A DNA stretch of 48,800 bases, taken from the NCBI GenBank assembly GCA_964466135.1, contig CAYXNH010000001.1, forward strand, positions 1,269 through 50,068, written 5' to 3'. Shown here one piece after another: positions 37,338-44,133 of this stretch. The position numbers and the translations under genes are program-made. Source of the stretch: an uncultured Ardenticatenaceae bacterium. Its GTDB lineage: Bacteria; Chloroflexota; Anaerolineae; Promineifilales; Promineifilaceae. The number at the start of each line of letters is the position of its first letter. Within the stretch, counting starts at the first letter, position 1. The notes below the pieces were generated by a model that was given only the letters and a program-made list of their open reading frames with translations, was not told the origin of the DNA and searched no databases.

Positions 37338-38267
37338 ATGACCATGACCACCTACGACTCCGCCACCGTTGAGCGCGTCATCGAGGAAGTCACCCGCGAG
37401 GTGCTACTGCGATTGGGGCGTGGCGCTTCCGGCGGCGCTTCCGGCGGGGCATCGACCGCGCCCTCCTCGGCCGCGTCAACTACGCACAAGGCCAACGGCT
37501 GCAATTGCAGCGACGGCAGCTGCGTGGCCCATTGCGCCGACAAGGTCGGCCGGGTGGTGACAGCCGGGGCTACGCGCGTCACGTCGCGACTGGGCGCGCT
37601 GCCCCAGGACATTAACGTCGCCAAACTGATCGACCACACCCTGTTGAAGCCCGATGCCACCCAGGACCAGATCGCTCAGCTATGCTACGAGGCCCGAACG
37701 CATCATTTCGCCTCCGTCTGTGTCAACCCGACCAATGTCCGGCTCTGTGCCCAACTGCTGAAGGGATCGGACGTCATGGTTTGCACGGTCATCGGCTTCC
37801 CGCTGGGGGCCTCGGCCGCGTCGGTGAAGGCCTACGAGGCGCAGCAGGCCATTCGCGACGGCGCAACCGAGATCGATATGGTCATCAACGTCGGCGCGCT
37901 CAAGTCGCGCGACTATCGCGCCGTTCATGAGGATATCGCCGCCGTGGTGAACACAAGCCATGCCGCCAACGCAATTGTGAAGGTCATTATCGAGACGGCG
38001 CTGTTGACCGACGAGGAGAAGGTCATCGCCTGCCAGCTGTCGAAGGTGGCCGGCGCGGATTTTGTCAAGACCTCCACCGGCTTCGGACCGGGGGGAGCGA
38101 CGGTTGAAGATGTCGCCCTGATGCGCCGTGTCGTCGGACCGTCGCTGGGCGTCAAGGCGTCGGGCGGAGTGCGGAACTACGCCGACACCCAGGCGATGGT
38201 CGCGGCCGGGGCCACACGAATCGGCGCCAGCGCCGGTGTGGCGATCGTATCGGAAGCCAGGAGATAA
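37338..38267 (+). CDS. deoC: Deoxyribose-phosphate aldolase with N-terminal encapsulation-peptide-like helix
   Basis: [62 protein letters not shown]. Confidence 0.95.
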   Translation: MTMTTYDSATVERVIEEVTREVLLRLGRGASGGASGGASTAPSSAASTTHKANGCNCSDGSCVAHCADKVGRVVTAGATRVTSRLGALPQDINVAKLIDHTLLKPDATQDQIAQLCYEARTHHFASVCVNPTNVRLCAQLLKGSDVMVCTVIGFPLGASAASVKAYEAQQAIRDGATEIDMVINVGALKSRDYRAVHEDIAAVVNTSHAANAIVKVIIETALLTDEEKVIACQLSKVAGADFVKTSTGFGPGGATVEDVALMRRVVGPSLGVKASGGVRNYADTQAMVAAGATRIGASAGVAIVSEARR

Positions 38268-38271
38268 CATT

Positions 38272-38559
38272 ATGGACGACCAGAGATATACGATTCATTG
38301 CGATGAGTGTGGAATCGGTCATTGTCGGCCCATATCGACGCCTTATTTGTTGAAACTCGGCAAACATATGATGGTCGTGCCCGATTCGCCGGCCTACGTC
38401 TGCGATATCTGCGGCAATCGATTCTTCGATGAAAACTTTCTTGACGGCGTCCATTATTTACTGGAGCAAGCGGCCGCTGATTCCCGGCGGCAGGCGCGAC
38501 GGCGACAAGTCCCGCGCCCCGAACCGGCCGTAATGCCTCATGCCCGCAGGAGTCGCTAA
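38272..38559 (+). CDS. YgiT-type (MqsA N-terminal-like) zinc-finger protein
   Basis: CDECG...[12 protein letters not shown]; GGAG SD within the end of deoC; no HTH. Confidence 0.75.
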   Translation: MDDQRYTIHCDECGIGHCRPISTPYLLKLGKHMMVVPDSPAYVCDICGNRFFDENFLDGVHYLLEQAAADSRRQARRRQVPRPEPAVMPHARRSR

Positions 38560-38561
38560 TC

Positions 38562-39203
38562 GTGTCCAACACTGAACTACGCAGCTATGTTTTCCTTGAT
38601 AATTTGCAGCCGCAGCACGCGGCGTTTCTCGGCACGGTGGCCGGAGGCTTTCTGCCGTTGCCCGGCGATGCCTCGCTGTGGATCGAGATCTCGCCCGGCA
38701 TCGAGATCAACCGTATCACCGACGTGGCCCTCAAATCCACTGACGTGCGGCCGGGTATGCAGGTCATCGAGCGGCTCTATGGCTTGCTGGAGGTTCACTC
38801 CGCCAGCCAGGCCAGCGTGCGAGCCGCCGGCGCGGCCATCCTGGAGGAACTTGGCGTGGCCGAATCGGATCGGCTTAAACCGCGAGTGATCTCCAGCCAG
38901 ATCATTCGCAACCTCGATCCTCACCAGACACAGTTGATCAACCGCGTCCGCCATGGACAGATGATCCTGGCCGGGCAGACGCTGTATGTGATGGAAGTGG
39001 CCCCGGCCGCCTACGCAGCATTGGCCGCCAACGAGGCCGAAAAGCGCGCCAACCTCAATATTCTGGAGGTACGCGCCATCGGCAGCTTCGGCCGCATCTA
39101 TCTGGGTGGGGACGAACGGGATATCATGGCCGGCTATCAGGCGGCCATCGACGCCATCGAAGGTGTCACCGGCCGCGAGGCCGATAATAAACGCAGCGAG
39201 TAA
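38562..39203 (+). CDS. BMC shell trimer, permuted stacking type (BMC-Tdp, CcmP-like)
   Basis: [73 protein letters not shown]. Confidence 0.9.
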   Translation: MSNTELRSYVFLDNLQPQHAAFLGTVAGGFLPLPGDASLWIEISPGIEINRITDVALKSTDVRPGMQVIERLYGLLEVHSASQASVRAAGAAILEELGVAESDRLKPRVISSQIIRNLDPHQTQLINRVRHGQMILAGQTLYVMEVAPAAYAALAANEAEKRANLNILEVRAIGSFGRIYLGGDERDIMAGYQAAIDAIEGVTGREADNKRSE

Positions 39204-39231
39204 GAAGAATTCCATAGATGGAGAGTTGGAA

Positions 39232-39522
39232 ATGACAGATGCATTGGGCATGATCGAGTGCCGCAGTTTCGCCGCCATGGTTGAGGCGTCGGACGCGATG
39301 GTGAAGGCGGCTCGGGTCGAGCTGGTCGGCTATGAAAAGACGGGCGGCGGCTATGTCACAGCTATCGTTCGCGGCGACGTTGCCGCGGTGAAAGCGGCCG
39401 TGGAAGCCGGCGCGCGTGGAGCCGAGAAGATCGGCGAGATCGTCGCCGTCCACGTCATCCCGCGCCCGCACGAGAACGTCGACCGCACGCTGCCCCTCGG
39501 CCGCGCGCCGAGCGCCGAGTAG
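39232..39522 (+). CDS. BMC shell hexamer (BMC-H)
   Basis: [49 protein letters not shown]...[12 protein letters not shown]; SD GGAG before ATG 39232. Confidence 0.96.
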   Translation: MTDALGMIECRSFAAMVEASDAMVKAARVELVGYEKTGGGYVTAIVRGDVAAVKAAVEAGARGAEKIGEIVAVHVIPRPHENVDRTLPLGRAPSAE

Positions 39523-39535
39523 CTGCTGGAATAAT

Positions 39536-39603
39536 GACCTGACAGGTAGGTGCGAGTGGGCAATTGGCCTGACCGGGCCGTCTGCACGCCCACCTGTCGG
39601 GTC
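39536..39603. repeat. GACCTGACAGGT-family inverted repeat, copy 2
   Basis: GACCTGACAGGTAGGTG ... CGCCCACCTGTCGGGTC; arms match copy 1 at 1595-1665 while the loops differ. Confidence 0.75.
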
Positions 39604-39624
39604 TGTATGATTTGGGGTGAACTT

Positions 39625-39924
39625 ATGTTTCTCGGCAAAGTGGTCGGCACGCTGGTGGCCGCCCAGAAGGAGGCCTCGCTTGATGGCCTCAAGTTTCTGG
39701 TCGTCCGCCGGCTGACCGTGGATAACGAGGAAGATCGCGGGTACGTCGTGGCCGCTGACGCCGTGGGGGCCGGTCTGGGCGAGGTCGTCATGGTCGCCAC
39801 CGGCAGCTCGGCACGACAAACCGTCATGACCGATAAACGGCCGTGCGACGCCGTCGTCATGGCCATCGTCGACATGTGGGAAGTGGACGGCCGCGAGAAA
39901 TACAACAAGGGTGAGAGCGGATAG
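39625..39924 (+). CDS. BMC vertex pentamer (BMC-P, EutN/CcmL family) no.1
   Basis: MFLGKVVGTLVA..K...L.G.KFLVV...VAADAVGAG.GE.V.VA.GSSAR......P.DA.VMAIVD. Confidence 0.94.
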   Translation: MFLGKVVGTLVAAQKEASLDGLKFLVVRRLTVDNEEDRGYVVAADAVGAGLGEVVMVATGSSARQTVMTDKRPCDAVVMAIVDMWEVDGREKYNKGESG

Positions 39925-39969
39925 TGACCGGCAGCCTTCCGGCGGCTGGTTTCCAAGGTTAACGTGGCC

Positions 39970-41478
39970 ATGGCTCAACCCATGAATGATCGCGAGATTC
40001 AGTCCATCATCGACCGCGTGATGCGCGAGGTCGGCGGCGCGACCGCTCCAACCGCACCCCCGGCGGCCGAACCCCCCGCGACGAGACCGTCAGGCGCACC
40101 ACGACCGTCGGGCGGCTATGGCAACGCTCCGACTGCGCCTGCGTCCGCCGGCGACTACGGCGTCTATCCCACGCTGGATGAGGCCGCCGCCGCCGCTCGC
40201 GCTGCCTTCCTGCGCCTCAATGCCCTGCCGCTGGCCATCCGGCAGGATATGGTGGACCACATGCGCCGGGCGGCCCGTGAGAACGCGCTGCCGCTGGCCG
40301 AGATGGCCCACAAAGAGACGGGCATGGGCCGCGTCGAGGACAAGGTGCTCAAGAACGTCCTCAACGCCGACAAGGCTCCCGGTACCGAGGCGCTTCCCTC
40401 CCACGCCTGGAGCGGCGATCACGGCCTGACGCTGGTCGAATATACGCCCTATGGCGTCATCGGCTCGCTGACCCCCAGCACGAACCCGACGAGCACCGTC
40501 ATCTGCAACGCCATCAGCATGATTGCCGCCGGTAACGCCGTGGTCTTCAACGCCCACCCCAACGCCAAGGGCGCGTCGAACCGCACGGTGCAGATCCTCA
40601 ACCGGGCCATCATGGCCGCCGGCGGCCCGGCCGACCTGCTGACCTGTGTCGCCAACCCGACGCTGGAATCGGCCCAGGCGCTCATGACTCACAAGCTCAT
40701 CCGGCTGCTGGTCGTCACCGGCGGCACGCCCGTGGTGCGGGCGGCCATGCAAAGCGGCAAGCGCGCCGTCTGTGCCGGGCCGGGCAACCCGCCGGTCGTC
40801 GTTGATGAGACGGCTGATATCGTCCAGGCCGGGCGCGATATCGTGATCGGCGGCTCGTTCGATAACAATATCGTCTGCACCACCGAGAAAGAGACGTTCG
40901 TCGTCGATTCGGTGGCCGGGGATCTCGTCCGGGCCATGACGGCCCACGGCGCGGTACGCCTCGACTCGTGGCAGTTCAATCGTTTGTGGAAGGCGGTGAC
41001 GGTCGCCGATCATGGCCCGCGCAAATACGCCGACATGAACAAGGCGTTCATCGGCAAGAACGCGGCCGTGCTGCTGGCCGAGATCGGCATTAGCGCGGGG
41101 CCGGAAGTGCGCCAGATCGTCGTCGAGGTGGACCAGAACCACCCCGTCGTCTGGTCGGAACAGATGATGCCCATCATGCCTGTCGTGCGCGTCGCCAGCG
41201 CCGACGAGGCTATCGATCTGGCCGTCGAAGCCGAGCACGGCTTCCGTCATACGGCCGTTATGCACTCCAAAAATCTCGATAACCTGAGCCGTATGGCGCG
41301 GGAGATCGATTGCAGCATTTTTGTCAAAAACGGTCCCTGCCTGGCCGGTTTGGGTTATGGCGGCGAAGGCTTCTGCTCGTTCACTATAGCCAGCCCGACC
41401 GGCGAAGGATTGACCGGCCCGATCAGCTTCAGCCGCATCCGTCGCTGCACGCTGGTCGATTCGTTCCGTATCGTCTGA
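39970..41478 (+). CDS. CoA-acylating aldehyde dehydrogenase (EutE/PduP family) with encapsulation peptide
   Basis: ETGMGRVEDK..KN, PYGVIG..TPSTNP, VTGG, AGPGNPPVVVDETAD, SFDNNIVCTTEK (catalytic Cys), EQMMP, SFTIASPTGEG; start could be 39964, 39970 or 39982. Confidence 0.93.
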   Translation: MAQPMNDREIQSIIDRVMREVGGATAPTAPPAAEPPATRPSGAPRPSGGYGNAPTAPASAGDYGVYPTLDEAAAAARAAFLRLNALPLAIRQDMVDHMRRAARENALPLAEMAHKETGMGRVEDKVLKNVLNADKAPGTEALPSHAWSGDHGLTLVEYTPYGVIGSLTPSTNPTSTVICNAISMIAAGNAVVFNAHPNAKGASNRTVQILNRAIMAAGGPADLLTCVANPTLESAQALMTHKLIRLLVVTGGTPVVRAAMQSGKRAVCAGPGNPPVVVDETADIVQAGRDIVIGGSFDNNIVCTTEKETFVVDSVAGDLVRAMTAHGAVRLDSWQFNRLWKAVTVADHGPRKYADMNKAFIGKNAAVLLAEIGISAGPEVRQIVVEVDQNHPVVWSEQMMPIMPVVRVASADEAIDLAVEAEHGFRHTAVMHSKNLDNLSRMAREIDCSIFVKNGPCLAGLGYGGEGFCSFTIASPTGEGLTGPISFSRIRRCTLVDSFRIV

Positions 41479-42065
41479 TGACCACACCTGCACTAGCCTT
41501 GCTTGAGTTCCACAGCATCGCCGCCGGCATCGAGGCCGGTGACGCGATGGTGAAACGCGCCCCCGTGGAGCGTATCCTTGCCGGCACAATTCAGCCCGGT
41601 TACTTTCTGGTTCTGGTGACGGGGGAGGTGGCCGACGTGACCGAGGCCATGGATGCGGGCTTGCTGGTCGCGGCCGATTTCGTGCGCGACCGGCTGCTGT
41701 TGCCCAATGTCCACCCCGGCGTCGTGGCCGCGCTGCGAGGCGAGCGCGCCACGGCCGACGCCGAGAGCCTGGGCATCGTGGAGACGGCCACCGTGGCCGC
41801 GGGCATCCTGGCCGCCGATGCCGGACTGAAGGGAGCCGAGGTGCGGCTCAATCAGCTGCGGCTGGGCGACGGGCTGGGCGGCAAGGGTCTGGCGCTGTTT
41901 GGCGGGTCGGTGTCCGATGTGGAGGCGGCCGTGGCTATCGGCGGCGATGTCGTGTCCGCTCAGGTGATTCGGCGGGCGGTCATCGCCCGACTCCACGGCG
42001 AGATGTGGGACAACGTGAACGGGAGCGGCCGCTTTGGCGACTTTTACGCCTGGCCGCCGATGTAG
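41478..42065 (+). CDS. BMC shell trimer, single-layer type (BMC-Ts, PduT-like)
   Basis: ALALLEF.SIAAG..AGDAMVKRAPV....AGTI.PG.F, second domain SLGIVET..VA..I.AADA.LK.A.V......G.GLGGKG; TGATG overlap with the upstream gene. Confidence 0.9.
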   Translation: MTTPALALLEFHSIAAGIEAGDAMVKRAPVERILAGTIQPGYFLVLVTGEVADVTEAMDAGLLVAADFVRDRLLLPNVHPGVVAALRGERATADAESLGIVETATVAAGILAADAGLKGAEVRLNQLRLGDGLGGKGLALFGGSVSDVEAAVAIGGDVVSAQVIRRAVIARLHGEMWDNVNGSGRFGDFYAWPPM

Positions 42066-42071
42066 GGATCC

Positions 42072-42338
42072 ATGCAATTGGCGCGCGTGATGGGTACGGT
42101 CGTGGCGACACGAAAATATGAGGGCCTTCTGGGGATTAAGTTCCTGATCGTGCAGCCCTTGAGCAAGACGCAGCAGCCCGCGGGCGACCCCGTCGTGGCC
42201 GCCGACGCCACCGCCCAGGCCGCGCCGGGCGAGCTGGTCTTCATCGTCGGCAGCCGGGAGGCAGCGCAGGCCCTGCCGGAAACGTTCGTGCCGGTTGATC
42301 ATGCGATTGTGGGGATTGTAGATGATGTGGATTTGTAG
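42072..42338 (+). CDS. BMC vertex pentamer (BMC-P) no.2
   Basis: MQLARVMGTVVAT.K...L.G.KFLIVQP...SREAA..L.....PVDHAIVGIVD. Confidence 0.94.
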   Translation: MQLARVMGTVVATRKYEGLLGIKFLIVQPLSKTQQPAGDPVVAADATAQAAPGELVFIVGSREAAQALPETFVPVDHAIVGIVDDVDL

Positions 42339-42396
42339 CGGCTGATGCCCCTTGGCGACCTCGCCAATCGCTGCCCACCCGCAAGGAGTCACCCCT

Positions 42397-43074
42397 ATGG
42401 TGCTGCCCGATTACTGGCTGACCCGTCCCGGCGCGAATTACGATGAAGAAGCACAGGCGGCCTTCGATGCGTTGCTCGACACCGCGCTCGCCGGCGGCGA
42501 TTGCCAGACGATCCGGTATACATTACCCTGGGCCAAATGGCTGTTCCTGTGCCATGTGGCCGATCATCGGGACATCGCCTTGCACGGCTCGGGCAACGGG
42601 GATATTGCCCTGTTCGAGCCACGACAATCGAACGACCTCAACGATTTTGGCAACCGGAATGCGATCTATGCCGCCTCGGACGGGCTGTGGCCCATGTTCT
42701 TCGCCATTGTTGATCGAGAAAGGGTGGATTCCGTCAGCAACGCCTGCGTTCGTCTGGTTGACGAGGCAGGTGGGGTGCATGGCCCCTATTATGTTTTCTC
42801 AATCAGCCGATCGGCTCTGGCGAGCCAACCCTGGCGAACCGGCTGGGTCTATCTCCTGCCGCGACAAACATTCTCGGCGCAACCGTCTGTGGCATTCGGC
42901 TCATTTGAAGTCCAGATAGCCCAACTTGCCGGCGACGTGCCGGTCGAGCCATTGGCCAAGTTGATGATTACGCCGGAAGATTTTCCCTTCCTGGCGCAGA
43001 TTCGCGGGCATGATGATCATCGGCTTCAGGAGTATGCGACCGCAATGCAAACGGGCGCGCCCTGGCCGGATTAG
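42397..43074 (+). CDS. Hypothetical protein with ADP-ribosyltransferase-like motif order
   Basis: SD AAGGAG before ATG 42397; LHGS...FEPR...AIYAASD...WPMFFA...GWVYLLP..TF. The CDS is well supported, the function is speculative. Confidence 0.6.
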   Translation: MVLPDYWLTRPGANYDEEAQAAFDALLDTALAGGDCQTIRYTLPWAKWLFLCHVADHRDIALHGSGNGDIALFEPRQSNDLNDFGNRNAIYAASDGLWPMFFAIVDRERVDSVSNACVRLVDEAGGVHGPYYVFSISRSALASQPWRTGWVYLLPRQTFSAQPSVAFGSFEVQIAQLAGDVPVEPLAKLMITPEDFPFLAQIRGHDDHRLQEYATAMQTGAPWPD

Positions 43075-43093
43075 CTTTGAGAAAGAGGTTCGT

Positions 43094-43369
43094 ATGTACA
43101 TCGGAATCGTCGCCGGGACAGTCGTCGCCACCATCAAACATAAGGCCTTCAACGGCCGCAAGTTGCTGCTGGTCGAGCGGCTTGACCTCGATGGTCAACC
43201 GACGGCCGACCATGACATCTGCGTCGACGCGGCTCGCGCCGGCGTAGGCGACCGCGTGCTGGTGCTCGACGAAGGCAACGGGGCGAGGCAAGTGCTCAAC
43301 GAACGGGCCGCGCCAATCCGGGCGGTGGTCGTCGGCATTGTGGATGATGTGGCTCTGGCGGCCGACTAG
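43094..43369 (+). CDS. BMC vertex pentamer (BMC-P) no.3
   Basis: MYIGIVAGTVVATIKH....G.KLLLV...AGVGD.VLVLDEGNGARQV......PIRAVVVGIVD; SD GAGG. Confidence 0.93.
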   Translation: MYIGIVAGTVVATIKHKAFNGRKLLLVERLDLDGQPTADHDICVDAARAGVGDRVLVLDEGNGARQVLNERAAPIRAVVVGIVDDVALAAD

Positions 43370-44112
43370 CTTGCCGCCACTCGAACCGGATCGCCAACCC
43401 GGATAACCCCCGGCTGCTCCACGGACGCATAAACCCCGGCGAAACTGTCGCGCGTTTGCGCCACTGTCTTCAGCACGCGGGCGTCGCGCGCGGCCGTGTG
43501 CGGGTCGATATTGACCATGACGCAGCGTTTGATGCGGCGGGTCAGGTGGATGCGCGGCCCGTTATCGGCCGCGCCGAAGATGAGCGTTCTGCCCAGCCAC
43601 TCCTCCTCCTGAAACGGCCGTCCATCCCGTGTCTCGATGATGACATTCTGACGAAAGCGGCCGCTTGGAAGCTCCATGTCTGCGCTCGCGCCCAGAGCGG
43701 CGATGCTGGCCGTGGACATCAACGACAATACCTGGCTGTCGTAGGTTCCGCGGCCGAGCTTAAGCAGGTAAATTTCTTCGCCGCATAATCGCTGGAGTTC
43801 TTCCAGCAGTTCCGGGGCCTCCAGCGGCAACCGGCGGCCGTCGGGCGTGGTGACGACAATGGGCGATTGCCGCGGATCGTCCGGATGGGGAAAGTGGGGC
43901 GTGTAGAGCAATAGCTCCGGCAGTTCCCGCCCGGTGAGCCAGGGGAAACCGCTGTTCGCCCGCTGACGGACAAAAGCGCAACGCCGGTCGCCGTCCAGGC
44001 CATGCCAGTCTAGGTGGGCCTGTGACAGCGACTCGGCGCGCATTGATTTTACGGGGTGGCGGAATAGCTTGCTTACGACTCCGCAGTTGACATAATTACC
44101 GGACAACGTCAC
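43366..44112 (-). CDS. MOSC domain-containing protein
   Basis: RHPVKSM, GLDGDR, RFRQNVII, EEEW.G, RCVMVNIDP, GVYA.V...G.I.VGD; exact start uncertain. Confidence 0.88.
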   Translation of the reverse strand: MTLSGNYVNCGVVSKLFRHPVKSMRAESLSQAHLDWHGLDGDRRCAFVRQRANSGFPWLTGRELPELLLYTPHFPHPDDPRQSPIVVTTPDGRRLPLEAPELLEELQRLCGEEIYLLKLGRGTYDSQVLSLMSTASIAALGASADMELPSGRFRQNVIIETRDGRPFQEEEWLGRTLIFGAADNGPRIHLTRRIKRCVMVNIDPHTAARDARVLKTVAQTRDSFAGVYASVEQPGVIRVGDPVRVAAS

Positions 44113-44133
44113 TCTCTGAAGGAATGAGGTCGC

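Noticed and set aside
36522-43369. Calling the BMC a carboxysome, Eut, Pdu or glycyl-radical type
   Set aside because: No RuBisCO, ethanolamine ammonia-lyase, diol dehydratase or glycyl-radical enzyme; the signature enzymes are DeoC and RpiB
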